A DNA stretch of 59,966 bases from positions 1-59,966 of IMG/VR virus record IMGVR_UViG_3300020476_000002; one strand, given 5' to 3'. The stretch is from a virus. Taxonomy: Duplodnaviria; Caudoviricetes. The position numbers were made by a program, and so were the translations under genes. Shown here in pieces: positions 1 to 10,664 of this stretch (positions are counted from its first letter, which is position 1; each line of letters opens with the position of its first letter). The notes under the pieces were generated by a model that saw only the letters and a list, made by a program, of their open reading frames with translations, had not been told where the DNA came from and made no database searches.

Positions 1-1353
1 GAATGGCATGTCCGTGACCCGTTGACAGCGTATCCGGCAACCCTTCTCGGTGTGGACGATATGCGTCCCCGAGATGTCGTGTTCGCTTACGAACGTCCCC
101 TCGGATATTTGCGTTCCATGTATCCCGAAACTGCTCGCATGTTCCAAGGTGACAGTGGTGCTGGTGAAGACCAGGGCATCGAAATGATCGAATACGTTGA
201 CGGTGAAGAACAAGTCCTCATCGCTATGCGTGGCCCAGTGAAAACCGGGCTGTTTGGTACCGCCCCGAACTCTGACGAAAACATTGTTGTCGAGTTGGAA
301 CGGGCACCGAACCCTCTTGGGGAATGCCCCGTTGTGTGTGCCGAACGAATCAGTCTTGACGATTCGCAAGGACAGTTCGACGGCATCCTCGGCATGTATC
401 AGATGCAAGCCCGTTTGATGGCGCTTGAAGTTATCGCAGTTCAGAAAGGCGTGTTCCCTGACACCTGGCTGATAGGTCGTCAAGGGGAAACCCCCCAAAT
501 TGTGAACCCTGCTGATGGACTCACCGGTGAGGTTGGTGTGATTCGTGGCGGTGAGCTGCGTGACATGCAAATGCAACCCGGTTACATGACGAACCCTGCG
601 ATTGACCGGTTGGAACGTGCCCAACGATTGACGGCTGGTATCCCCCCAGAGTTCGGTGGGGAATCAACAACGAACATTCGTACCGGTCGCCGAGGCGATG
701 CCGTACTTTCCGCAGTTGTTGACTTCCCGGTGCAAGAAGCGCAACGCATCATGGCTCGTTCCTTGCAGGAAGAAAACGAAATCGCTATCAATATGTCAAA
801 AACGTATGCCGGGAACAAAGGCAAATCGTTTTATGTCACAACGAAAAACGCTAAAGGCCGAGTCGATTACGTCCCCAACACCAACTTCGATTCCACAGAC
901 AACGTAGTGGTCTACTCCCAAGCGGGAGCCGACATCAACAACCTTGTCATCGGTGGAGGTCAACGAGTTGGGATGGGCACCATGTCGAAACGCTCATTCA
1001 TGGCTATCGACCCACTGGTCGAAGACCCAGAGTTTGAACATGACGCTGTGGTCGCAGAACAACTTGAACAGGCATTGCTGGCATCTATCCAGCAGCAAGC
1101 CTCCGAAGGTGTTATCCCACCAGCCGATCTTGCTCGCATCATGGAACTGGTTTCCACGAACCAACTCGAATTGGTTGAAGCTGTGGAGAAAGTGCAGAAA
1201 GAGGCACAGGAACGGCAAGCGGAACAAGTTGACGCTGCTGCACCTGAAGCGCAACCCGGTTTGGCTGCACCAGGTATGGGAGCCGAGTCTCGATCAATCG
1301 CTGCACCTCCCGGTGGTGGCGGTGGTTTAGGTGAACTGCTTGGGGCGTTGTGA
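1..1353 (+). CDS. portal (head-tail connector) protein, phage A copy, 5'-truncated
   Basis: Frame is open from base 1 (EWHVRDPL...). Highly similar to 36207..37970, which follows the terminase. Confidence 0.8.
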   Translation, partial: EWHVRDPLTAYPATLLGVDDMRPRDVVFAYERPLGYLRSMYPETARMFQGDSGAGEDQGIEMIEYVDGEEQVLIAMRGPVKTGLFGTAPNSDENIVVELERAPNPLGECPVVCAERISLDDSQGQFDGILGMYQMQARLMALEVIAVQKGVFPDTWLIGRQGETPQIVNPADGLTGEVGVIRGGELRDMQMQPGYMTNPAIDRLERAQRLTAGIPPEFGGESTTNIRTGRRGDAVLSAVVDFPVQEAQRIMARSLQEENEIAINMSKTYAGNKGKSFYVTTKNAKGRVDYVPNTNFDSTDNVVVYSQAGADINNLVIGGGQRVGMGTMSKRSFMAIDPLVEDPEFEHDAVVAEQLEQALLASIQQQASEGVIPPADLARIMELVSTNQLELVEAVEKVQKEAQERQAEQVDAAAPEAQPGLAAPGMGAESRSIAAPPGGGGGLGELLGAL

Positions 1354-1466
1354 TGCCCCGTAAAGGTAAAGGCACGAAAGTCATAAATTTCAAACCTGTC
1401 GCATCTTCTCAGGATTGCGCGGTGTGCGGCTACCCGAAGAAATGGAAGGTCCACAATCATGGCTGA
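1353..1466 (+). CDS. 37-aa microprotein with CxxC...HxH
   Basis: TGATG coupling to the portal stop. MPRKGKGTK matches the N-terminus of 37970..38368. Not in the ORF track. Confidence 0.5.
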   Translation: MPRKGKGTKVINFKPVASSQDCAVCGYPKKWKVHNHG

Positions 1467-1797
1467 CGCAGGGTACAGGGGACAGGCTTACGGTAAAGCC
1501 AAAGAACAAGAAGAAGCGCTTTCTGCGGTTCCAATGGAAGCCGGTATGGGCGCTGTCCCTCCGGCACCGATAATTCCTGGCGGGGAAGGCGACATGACTC
1601 GCCCTAGTCAATACCCGCAGCAATCAATTATGGCTCCTGCTGCTCCTATGCCTAGATCAGAGCAACCTCAAACCAGTGAAAACGTGGCACGCATTTTGCC
1701 GTCACTTTTACCTCTCGCATCTTCACCTTACGCTTCTCCTTCGACTCGACGCATCGTTCGAGCCATGCAAGCGATGGTCCCTAGACAGGACCAGTAG
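1459..1797 (+). CDS. Pro-rich virion-associated hypothetical protein
   Basis: GQAYG..EQEEA motif is shared with 37970..38368, in the syntenic position. Confidence 0.65.
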   Translation: MADAGYRGQAYGKAKEQEEALSAVPMEAGMGAVPPAPIIPGGEGDMTRPSQYPQQSIMAPAAPMPRSEQPQTSENVARILPSLLPLASSPYASPSTRRIVRAMQAMVPRQDQ

Positions 1798-1799
1798 TT

Positions 1800-4700
1800 G
1801 TGGGACTGTGGAACTTTATTTACAAAATCAGCAAAGGTGCTTTTAACACTGGTGTCCAAAGTGTTGACTTTGTTACCGACATCGCACAGGAAGCGTTACC
1901 GGGTCGCGACGAATACGAAGGCAGCGGGATAGCTGACACCATTTGGGGATCATTCAACGACAATGTTCTTGGCGAAGGTGGGGTGATGCAGTCCGCTATC
2001 GGACCTGAAGGTGTTGGGGGCACCATCATTGGAGCAATATCTCCCGCAGTACGCAAACCGATAAAAAGTGTGATCGACCCCACTTTTAAGGCTGCCACTA
2101 TTGCCTATAAACACGCGATAGATCGTCCTTTGGGGACGCTTATGACGATTGCTTCTGTTGCTGACAGTTCCGGTGAAGGCACACACAATGAGTACGAATT
2201 TGAAGGTGGATTAAGTAACTGGCTTAACACTGAAACGTGGGCGCATGCTTGGGATATTTCAAACAGTCAATCTCTCGGCCAAGCCTTGTCGCTTGCTGTT
2301 GGAACGAAAGACATTCTCGACAAAGACGAAGTAGACAAGTGGGAGGGCACGTCTATGCACCGTTTGGCGTCGGGGACCACAGACGCATTGTTTACTATTA
2401 TTTACGATCCGTTCTACCAAATAGGTGTCCCCACTAAAGTTTTTGCTCCCGTAATTGGTGACGTTGCGCGACATCATCGTAGGGTGGCTGGTGCAGGAAC
2501 GCATGTCACCGAAAGCGCCGGGTTTGCGCGTTTAACGAAAGACATTGCTGCTATCGCTGATGAAATGGTTGAGGGTCGCACCGCAGCAGCGTCAGGTGCG
2601 GGCCGCACTCTGGCAGCAGGGTTGCGTGCCAGCGCAGACGAAGCCAAAAAGACTCTCCAAAAAGGTGTCGATGAGACTGGTCAAAAATTAGATGGTGCCG
2701 CCAAAGACGAGCTTCAGGGAATAATCGATGAAGCAGATCGTTTAGAGGACTTGGCATCCGCTCCCCTTGGATTCAGCGAAGGCTATTACAAGGGGCTACC
2801 CACACCTGACGACCTAACTCTTATAGACGAGTTAGCGACAAAAGTCCACCAAAAACACAAGCATATAAAGGGTTTCACCCCGGATGTTGCTTACGCTGTA
2901 GCCGCTGCCCCAACACTCGAAGCGCAACAACTGGTGTTTCGTTTAGCGATGGGAAATGCTGAAGCGTTGCAGCAAGTCAGAAACTTGGCTGACGAATGGG
3001 CTGGTTTGATGCAACAAGGTGGCCTTGTGGATCGCATGGTCACTATCCAAAAGCAAATAGATAGCCTGACTGACAGCATCGCTTCGCCTGGGTTGCAACA
3101 AAAGTTGAGAGCAAACCTGAACAGGCAAGTCATGGCTTTAGAAAAAGAAGCCGCTGATCTGTTAAGAGGGATGCCCCAAGGTCTTACCGGTTTAGGCGTT
3201 TTTAACGCTGCTTTCTCAATTAAGGGTCAACGCTTGGCTGCGTTGGCTCCTCGTTTCGCTGATGAAGTAAGCGTTGACGCTGTTGATGCTGCGTGGGGAG
3301 CATTAAACGACTCTCCCCGTCTGGTTTCTGGTGTTGCCGATGAAATCCTTGGACCAATCCTGGCGGAAACAGCGAGTAGCAACCGACTGGTCGTGGGGTC
3401 TTTAAGGGAAGCACCCAAGATAGGTATTGTAAGACATTTGGGGTACGGGGCCGCATCCTTTATGAGCGAAGTGCCAATGCTGGGGCCAGCCGGGTTGCGG
3501 GTGGTCAATGTGTTTCGAGAAAAAACTGCCCAGCAGATGATGATTTGGGATGACGTTGACCAAACCTTCAACCAGTTTGAACGCATGTTGCGTGACGCAA
3601 GTCGAGTCACCCACAAAGGCAGATCTCTTGTAGAAGAAGCCGGTGTCAATGTTGACGAAGTGTTAGGTAACTGGGTTAAATCTTCACAGCATCAACGTAA
3701 GGCCATGTTTGAAAACATTGTTGATGACTTGAATGATGGTGTCATAAAACTTTATGCAGATGAACTTCTTGAGGGTATCGACGCAGACACTTTGAAATCC
3801 CAGCCTTTGAGTCCTAAACGAATGAGGAAAGCGTTGGATGAAGCGGAAGGAGTCTTGCGAGGGCAAGCCGAAAACGCAAGAGTGTATGGCAACCGGGATC
3901 TCCAATTTGATTTAGCTGACACCGATTTCAATATCACTCGACGCTACATAGAAAACTTGACCCCCCAACAGCTTCGCCAAGCGTCACTTGTTCCCCGGTA
4001 TGACGCAATCGCCACAGTGATGAAACACAGCGCTATCCGCAAATTCATGGGGCGAGGCGCTGAATTCGGTGACGAGTTTATGATGGCATGGAAAAAGTCT
4101 GTGCTGCTGCGTCCGGCGTGGCCGATTCGTGTTCTTTCTGACGAACTGTTACGTTCGGCTGCTGCGCTTGGCGGTATGCACACTATGAGGGGAACATTCG
4201 CAGGTTTCAATGATCTTCGTACCGCCTGGTTCAAAAAGAATGGTGAAGATGTGATGGCCCCTGTCATCGCCAAGATGCGGGACGATCTGAAAGTCGGGGA
4301 CGAACTATCTGACGGGGACTTGTATCTCCAGTATGAAGCAAAGCACGGCGCTAAAGCGACAGAAAAGTTGACACGCAACGCCATCAACGACGCTTACGGC
4401 AGGGACCGTATCCGCAGAAGGGGACTCTTTACCACCGGTGTGGGGTTGTTTGCATTAGGCCCAGGTGGGGCGTTGGCTTCCGCAGCTCTTTACAGTTTGT
4501 ATGCTCGACGCACAATGTCTTCTTTGGCTCGCCGGGAAGTTGCTGCACGGTTTTATAGTGAGGTTCGAGGGGTAGCTAAGAAACAATTTGATGAAGCTGA
4601 AGCGGCGATAAGGCAGTCAGTGAAAGAGGGGGTGAGGACTCCTGAAGAAGCCGCCAGGTTGCTTAACAATTTGAAGCATCGGAAAGATCTTGCGGAAACG

Positions 4701-7313
4701 CAAGCTCGTACCCTTAAACAGCAGTTAGAGCATTCTGTTCTTAGAACTCCGAAACGTAAAGACGCAGATCTTACAGAGAAATACGATTTGCCTGAGGAAT
4801 ACTCAGAGATGATTACCAACTTTGATCGAGTTGGTGAACTGATGCACCAAGCCCGTGTCGGCGGATATTACATGGGGGGCTACCAGTTTGCGAACGAGTT
4901 TGGGGACACTCCTTTCGCTGTTCAAATGAACAAGCAAGCATTGTCGTCTAGCCGGTCTACTCGTGGCGCATATGAAACAGTGGGGAGTGCCACAAAAAGA
5001 AACTATGAAAGTCAGATAGTCGGAGGGGAATATCGGCTTCACAAGTTTGACCAAAACAGGAAAGCCTTTGTTGAGGCGTATGACCGCACGGTCAATTACC
5101 AGTTCAAACCGCATTTGCTTGACGACACAATGCCCCAAGAGTTCCAAATGTTTACTCAAATGTTTTGGCAAGGCAGAAGCGATGCTGAAATAATTGCGTG
5201 GCTGAAAACTCGGCAGGGTTCCAAACTCGAAGAAGCCATGCCCCGCCATTTCGGTAAAGAACAAAACATAGAGCAATGGGTAAACGCTGTTCGCACACAA
5301 ATAGACAACTATGTTCCCAACACCCCAGAGTTTGCTTTAGTGCGACAGAAATTGGCTGAAGGTAAAGACATCAGTTGGGTCAACGACATTGTTCCCATCT
5401 TGAACAAGAACTACGGCGGAGTGAATGCTGGTGTCAAAGCAATACACCAGTTAGAAGGTGGTAGATACGCTGAGTTTGGGATAGTCCACGGGGCAAGCGG
5501 GGCAATAGCCGACGCTGTAATAACGAGACAACTTATCCAACGAGCAACCAAACAGATAGATAGCTGGATGGAGTCCCTCGGAACGATGACTGTGGACAAC
5601 CTGTCACGCAGCACCGTGTTCTCAGGGGTTTACCGAAACGAACTTGCCCGGTTAGTGCAAACGTACAGAAGGAGCGACGGCACTTATCGCATAACTGACG
5701 TACAACTGAAAAGCATTGAGAACGCTGCTCGGCGTGTCGCACTTGATGAGACTCGCAAATTGCTTTACGACCTGGCGGAACGCACCCGTTTCGGAGAAAT
5801 GGTCGGAATGCTCATGCCGTTCTACAGCGCATGGCAAGAAGTCATCACCCGCTGGGCCGGACTCGCCGTACAAAACCCCGTGTTCGTGGCGAGGGGTGCC
5901 CGATATTTTCAAGCCATCAAAGGCGAAGACGAAGAAGGCAACTCCAATTTCGTGATCCGTATGCCAGAAGGTCTGCTTGGAGCCGAAATAGCGGGACAAC
6001 CGGTGTTCGGGAAACTCGGCACCCTCGGGTTTACTTCCCTGAAACTGCATCCCGACTCGATTTCAATGATCTCTGCGGGACTACCAGGGTTCGGTCCCAT
6101 CGTCACAATAGCGGCAAGTGAATCTGTTATCGCACAGCCCTCCCTGCAAGAATCTATGGATTGGTTGCTTCCTTACGGCGCATCGGAGGGCACAGGTGTT
6201 TTCCATCGCATGTGGCAGCAGGTTGAGCCGACGTTTCTGCGTCGTATGGAAGGCGCATATTTCGACGTACCGGAACGCCAAAAAATGTTGGCCCAAGTAG
6301 CCATTGACTTGGCAGCAGAATATGAAGGGTTAGGCGAGAAAATCAACACCCCTGAGTTAGAGAAAGAGTTTGTTGACGAAGCGATCCGCCGCACCGAAGA
6401 CATCTTAAAGATTCGGGCACTCGCCGGGTTGGGTGTCCCGTTCGCTTTCCAAGTCCAGTCCCCATATCACGCAGTCATAGAGGACTACCGAAAAGTCACC
6501 GAGGAAGACGGGTTTGATGCTGCAACCACTTGGCTGCTAGCTAATCACCCAGAGTTGTGGGCAATTACGGCTCGACGGACAATGGTGCAAGGTGTTGCGT
6601 CCGCCACATTGGAAGGTGACGCAAAGTATCGGGAACACAAAGACTTCGCTGACGCTCACCCAGAAATAGGGGACTTCATTATCGGCAAGATCGGTGCCGA
6701 CGATGTGCAGTTTGAGTTCAACTATGCGGTCTACAAATCTGAGATAGCCGAAGGTCGTCGGGTGCGTGCCACCCCCCAAGAGATTCTGCGGAAACCACAA
6801 GAGAACAAGGGGTGGGCTGAGTGGCGTGAAGCGAAGAACCTTGTGTATGAGGAACTGGCACGTCGCGAACAAGCGGGTGGTTCAGCCAGTTTGGGGGCGA
6901 AAGCCAACAACGATTTACAGATGCTTATGGATCGAGTGAAGTTGAAAGTAGCTCAGGATAATCCTGGGTGGTGGGAAGCGTACAACGAAACGTATGACCA
7001 GCTTCATCAGGCCAAAGTTATGGACGGTTTCCGTGCTTTGATTAAGTCTGAAGACTTCCAGTATCGCCCCGAAATTCCGTTACTTGACGAGTATTTTGAG
7101 GCTCGTGAACTCATTGAAAAAGAATTAGAACGTCGAGGTAATGCTAGCGGCGAAGCAGATGCGTATTCTTTAGGGTATCGCACTAACGCAGACCTCGAAC
7201 AGTTGTGGGATGCTATAAGGGTGAAGTTGCGTAACAACAATGACTTTATAGAAATCTTTGACCGGTATTTCGAGAATGACACGATTGACAAAAAGACATG
7301 GGTAAGCAGGTAA
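1800..7313 (+). CDS. large internal virion / DNA-ejection-type protein (A, 1837 aa)
   Basis: Long ORF after the portal. Conserved blocks shared with 38365..47112 (IDRPLG, LYDLAER, AWQEV, DVQFE, EDFxYRPEIP). Function inferred from size and position. Confidence 0.65.
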   Translation: MGLWNFIYKISKGAFNTGVQSVDFVTDIAQEALPGRDEYEGSGIADTIWGSFNDNVLGEGGVMQSAIGPEGVGGTIIGAISPAVRKPIKSVIDPTFKAATIAYKHAIDRPLGTLMTIASVADSSGEGTHNEYEFEGGLSNWLNTETWAHAWDISNSQSLGQALSLAVGTKDILDKDEVDKWEGTSMHRLASGTTDALFTIIYDPFYQIGVPTKVFAPVIGDVARHHRRVAGAGTHVTESAGFARLTKDIAAIADEMVEGRTAAASGAGRTLAAGLRASADEAKKTLQKGVDETGQKLDGAAKDELQGIIDEADRLEDLASAPLGFSEGYYKGLPTPDDLTLIDELATKVHQKHKHIKGFTPDVAYAVAAAPTLEAQQLVFRLAMGNAEALQQVRNLADEWAGLMQQGGLVDRMVTIQKQIDSLTDSIASPGLQQKLRANLNRQVMALEKEAADLLRGMPQGLTGLGVFNAAFSIKGQRLAALAPRFADEVSVDAVDAAWGALNDSPRLVSGVADEILGPILAETASSNRLVVGSLREAPKIGIVRHLGYGAASFMSEVPMLGPAGLRVVNVFREKTAQQMMIWDDVDQTFNQFERMLRDASRVTHKGRSLVEEAGVNVDEVLGNWVKSSQHQRKAMFENIVDDLNDGVIKLYADELLEGIDADTLKSQPLSPKRMRKALDEAEGVLRGQAENARVYGNRDLQFDLADTDFNITRRYIENLTPQQLRQASLVPRYDAIATVMKHSAIRKFMGRGAEFGDEFMMAWKKSVLLRPAWPIRVLSDELLRSAAALGGMHTMRGTFAGFNDLRTAWFKKNGEDVMAPVIAKMRDDLKVGDELSDGDLYLQYEAKHGAKATEKLTRNAINDAYGRDRIRRRGLFTTGVGLFALGPGGALASAALYSLYARRTMSSLARREVAARFYSEVRGVAKKQFDEAEAAIRQSVKEGVRTPEEAARLLNNLKHRKDLAETQARTLKQQLEHSVLRTPKRKDADLTEKYDLPEEYSEMITNFDRVGELMHQARVGGYYMGGYQFANEFGDTPFAVQMNKQALSSSRSTRGAYETVGSATKRNYESQIVGGEYRLHKFDQNRKAFVEAYDRTVNYQFKPHLLDDTMPQEFQMFTQMFWQGRSDAEIIAWLKTRQGSKLEEAMPRHFGKEQNIEQWVNAVRTQIDNYVPNTPEFALVRQKLAEGKDISWVNDIVPILNKNYGGVNAGVKAIHQLEGGRYAEFGIVHGASGAIADAVITRQLIQRATKQIDSWMESLGTMTVDNLSRSTVFSGVYRNELARLVQTYRRSDGTYRITDVQLKSIENAARRVALDETRKLLYDLAERTRFGEMVGMLMPFYSAWQEVITRWAGLAVQNPVFVARGARYFQAIKGEDEEGNSNFVIRMPEGLLGAEIAGQPVFGKLGTLGFTSLKLHPDSISMISAGLPGFGPIVTIAASESVIAQPSLQESMDWLLPYGASEGTGVFHRMWQQVEPTFLRRMEGAYFDVPERQKMLAQVAIDLAAEYEGLGEKINTPELEKEFVDEAIRRTEDILKIRALAGLGVPFAFQVQSPYHAVIEDYRKVTEEDGFDAATTWLLANHPELWAITARRTMVQGVASATLEGDAKYREHKDFADAHPEIGDFIIGKIGADDVQFEFNYAVYKSEIAEGRRVRATPQEILRKPQENKGWAEWREAKNLVYEELARREQAGGSASLGAKANNDLQMLMDRVKLKVAQDNPGWWEAYNETYDQLHQAKVMDGFRALIKSEDFQYRPEIPLLDEYFEARELIEKELERRGNASGEADAYSLGYRTNADLEQLWDAIRVKLRNNNDFIEIFDRYFENDTIDKKTWVSR

Positions 7314-7320
7314 AGCAACG

Positions 7321-8088
7321 ATGGATATAGCCCAACTATTTGCTTCTATGGGGTTGACCGCTAACACCGAAATTGTTAATGGGCAAGTGGTCGTTCTAGG
7401 TGAAGGCCCCATTACTTACGAAACCGGAATGGTAGAAAGCGCCCAAGGTCAAGGCCCTGCCCGTTTTGAAACCGAAATTGAAGTAGCAGGCGACAAGTTC
7501 ACCGAAGACGACCTCCGAGAATACATTGTCGGTTTACAACCCGACGAACTACTCACATTACAGCAGGCACTATTCTCCGAAGGCTACTACGGCACCATCG
7601 AAGACATCACCGAAATAGAAGACCCCATCAAAACCGGTCGAGCGTTGCAAGCAGTTGCCCGCGACGCTGCTCTCACCTACCAGCAGGGTATAACTCCAGG
7701 GATGGAAGGTGTCCCAACTTTAGAAGACCGGTTCGCTGAGTTCACTATCGAAGATCTGAATACAGCTAAAGACGAGTATTTACAAAAAGAGGAACAGCCT
7801 ACGATTCGTGTGATGCCGTCTTCAGCGGTTGACCGTATGGTTGAAGAAACCTGGCGGAAACTTCTTGGCCGTAAACCTACAGCGGAGGAACGTCGAGCTG
7901 CGTTTGGTGCGGTTCGTGCAGCCCAGATCGCTGGTGGTAACGCTATGCAGCAAGGCGGAATTGTTGAGTCGGTTGATGTGACTGGTCTTTTAGCTGGTCA
8001 GGCGGAAGCGGCTGATCCTGCCAGGGCTGAGGCGATGTCGTTGTCAAGTAGTGCGGCGACTCTTAAACGGGTGTTAGGACTCAGGTAA
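7321..8088 (+). CDS. putative internal virion protein
   Basis: 255-aa ORF syntenic with, and weakly similar to the C-terminus of, 47114..48613. Confidence 0.55.
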   Translation: MDIAQLFASMGLTANTEIVNGQVVVLGEGPITYETGMVESAQGQGPARFETEIEVAGDKFTEDDLREYIVGLQPDELLTLQQALFSEGYYGTIEDITEIEDPIKTGRALQAVARDAALTYQQGITPGMEGVPTLEDRFAEFTIEDLNTAKDEYLQKEEQPTIRVMPSSAVDRMVEETWRKLLGRKPTAEERRAAFGAVRAAQIAGGNAMQQGGIVESVDVTGLLAGQAEAADPARAEAMSLSSSAATLKRVLGLR

Positions 8089-10664
8089 TGGCAAGTGACG
8101 CAGAAGAAGGAAACGTAGACGGAGGGGCACAGTTTGGAGAATCGTTTGCCCCTGTAGTTAATGCTTTAGAAAGCGCATACAACGCTTGGATGAGGGCAGA
8201 TAAGCAATATAACGATTATGTAAATGAAAAATTCAGTGAAGCTTTTGATTTAATTGCTGACGCTGGTTTAACGGTTGCCGATGTTGTTAAGGGAAGAACG
8301 GCAGCAGCTCTAGGGATTGGTCAAGGGGCATTTAACTGGATTAAAAACCAAGCGTCAGACTTGCTGGAAGGTGAGGACACTCCGGGCAGCGGCAGCGCTC
8401 AAAACTTAGAACGCCTTGAAACTCTCTATGAAGAAGCTAAAGAAGATTTAGAGAAACGTAAAACAACTGATGAGCGTCTTGGAGCGGTAGAGCTTCGGGA
8501 ACGCCAAACTCCGTTTTTGCGGGAGCTAGATCTTTTAGACGGAGAACTTTTAGATCATCAACAAGCGTTACAAGATGCTCAAGGTCGTATCGACAACTCA
8601 GTAAAGGAAGTGCGTTCTTTAACAAATCAGAAGAAACAGGCTGAGGCTTGGCAGCGAGAAGCCCTCCCTTCATTCTTTATCCCGGCTTCTGACAGCGGGA
8701 GAGCAGAACTAGTAAAAGAATGGAATGATGCGGCGAGAGATCTGTTCGGGTTCAGTTTGGTTGACGAAGCCGAATACCTTACTTCGGGGCGTTCGTTAGG
8801 TTCTGAAGCTGAAAACATTAGAGATCTTTTTGCAGAAGAACTTGCCAGACTTGACGACGAAATATCTTCGCAAGAAACTTTTACTGCTGATGGCAGGGAT
8901 GAGCTTTCTGAAATTCAGAGGGATATTAGGTCAACTGAACGTGACATAAATTCAACCAATTTTGAATTAGAGAATCTTTCCGAAACTGATACGCAAGCTT
9001 TTGAAGATCGTTTAGATCAAGCCCCTGATCTTGAAGGGTTGTCATCGCGGGAGAAACAAGAAGCGATTGTTTCTTGGATGATGGACGGAGGGGATAGCGG
9101 TCTTTCTTACGAAAGCGAGTTAGAAGATCTCCTTGAAGATGAAACAGTCTTTAAGGCACCGTTACGCAAACTTGTAGATGACAACAAAGATCGTTTAACT
9201 AGGGAACGTATTTCGTCGGGGGATCGGTTGAGCCGGGACACGACAGGTTCCCCCGAGGCTCGCCGTCGAGCAGCGGTAACAGACCGAGAACGCGAAGTTG
9301 AAGATGTAGATGAACCGTTTTCTCCTGAAGCGGTACGGCGACAAGCAGCCCAAGAAGGAGATCTTCTAACTCGCTACCGTCGTGAACGAGCGGCAGAACG
9401 TGAAAGTTCTTTCATAAATGATCCCAGTCAGCGGGGGCGTACAGATGTGTTCGCTGAAGATACCGAACCGTTTTCCCCTGAGAGGATGCGACAAGCACGC
9501 CCGGACCTGGGTGAACCTATTTCTCGGCGCATGGTTGGCGCTGGTGTTGGTGGCCCGTTAGAAGCAGGGGAGCGTGACAGGTTTACTAGCCCATTTGTAG
9601 AAGAAGAAGAAGAAACTGTTGAGATTGTTGAAGACGAGGGGGATGCCGACACCACCACCACTACTACGGCTACTGATGACGACACCACTACCACCACTAC
9701 GACTACTGATGGCAACGCTGATGCCGACGCTGATGCCGACGCTGATGCTGACCTTACGTCTGATGCGACAGCCACATTCATTCTCGAAAACTTTGGGCTA
9801 ACCAGTTTCTTCCTCGACCGCGACGACATGCTGATCCTCAACCCCGAAACTGGGGAAGAAGTCAACGTCTTGCAATACATTGAGGACACCGGCAAAACAA
9901 ACGACGAAGAAGTCTTAGGGCTAATCTCCCAAACCAAATGGTACCAAGACACCGGACCTACAGCTCGTGCCTTTGAAAGAGAATGGTCAATGGAAGGCGA
10001 GGCTGGCCGTAAAGAACTGCTTGACGAAACGTCTGACATCATTAGCCGTGAAGCTAAAAAGATTGGGTTGACGTTAAGCGAAGAAGATCTTTACGCTTTG
10101 TCGTTTAACGCCAAGATGATGGGGATGGATAGTTACGAGATCCGTCAAGAGTTCGTAGATAACTGGGAGTTGTCGTTCGATTCGGAAGCGGTGCAGTCAG
10201 GCAATATCGCTGCGTTACGCAACAAAGTGAATCAGACTGCCGGGAAATACATGCTTCTTATCGGTGATGACGCTTTAGCTGCTGCCGCTGAGTCACTGTA
10301 TTTAGGGGAAGCGACACTGGATGGAATTGAGGCTGGTTTCCGTAACCAGGCGATTGAGCAGATGCCGGAGCTTGGTGGTCTTATCAAGCAGGGTTATACC
10401 CCCGAAATGTATTTCTCGTCATATAAGACGCAGGCTGAACGGTTGTTGGAACGCAAGATTGATTTCATGGGTGATGACCGCAATATGTTTATCAACCTTA
10501 TGGGCGGCCAGTCGGATGATACTTATATTCAGAAGCCTTTGACGTTGACTCAGGCGAACCGCTATTTCCGTGGTTTGGATGAGTGGAAGTATACGAGGAA
10601 CGCTACTCAGGAGGCGCGTGGTATGGCTGACCAGGTTGGTCGGATGTTTGGAGCGGTGGCGTAA
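8088..10664 (+). CDS. putative internal virion protein with coiled-coil N-terminus and acidic/Thr linker
   Basis: 858 aa, TAATG-coupled. The C-terminal ~300 aa resemble 48613..49629 (end GRMFGAVA vs GKALGLVAP). Confidence 0.6.
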   Translation: MASDAEEGNVDGGAQFGESFAPVVNALESAYNAWMRADKQYNDYVNEKFSEAFDLIADAGLTVADVVKGRTAAALGIGQGAFNWIKNQASDLLEGEDTPGSGSAQNLERLETLYEEAKEDLEKRKTTDERLGAVELRERQTPFLRELDLLDGELLDHQQALQDAQGRIDNSVKEVRSLTNQKKQAEAWQREALPSFFIPASDSGRAELVKEWNDAARDLFGFSLVDEAEYLTSGRSLGSEAENIRDLFAEELARLDDEISSQETFTADGRDELSEIQRDIRSTERDINSTNFELENLSETDTQAFEDRLDQAPDLEGLSSREKQEAIVSWMMDGGDSGLSYESELEDLLEDETVFKAPLRKLVDDNKDRLTRERISSGDRLSRDTTGSPEARRRAAVTDREREVEDVDEPFSPEAVRRQAAQEGDLLTRYRRERAAERESSFINDPSQRGRTDVFAEDTEPFSPERMRQARPDLGEPISRRMVGAGVGGPLEAGERDRFTSPFVEEEEETVEIVEDEGDADTTTTTTATDDDTTTTTTTTDGNADADADADADADLTSDATATFILENFGLTSFFLDRDDMLILNPETGEEVNVLQYIEDTGKTNDEEVLGLISQTKWYQDTGPTARAFEREWSMEGEAGRKELLDETSDIISREAKKIGLTLSEEDLYALSFNAKMMGMDSYEIRQEFVDNWELSFDSEAVQSGNIAALRNKVNQTAGKYMLLIGDDALAAAAESLYLGEATLDGIEAGFRNQAIEQMPELGGLIKQGYTPEMYFSSYKTQAERLLERKIDFMGDDRNMFINLMGGQSDDTYIQKPLTLTQANRYFRGLDEWKYTRNATQEARGMADQVGRMFGAVA
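9640..9751 (+). repeat. coding low-complexity repeats (poly-Thr and Asp-Ala)
   Basis: accaccactactacg-type and gctgatgccgac-type repeats encode TTTTTT..DDDTTTTTTT..ADADADAD. Confidence 0.8.
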
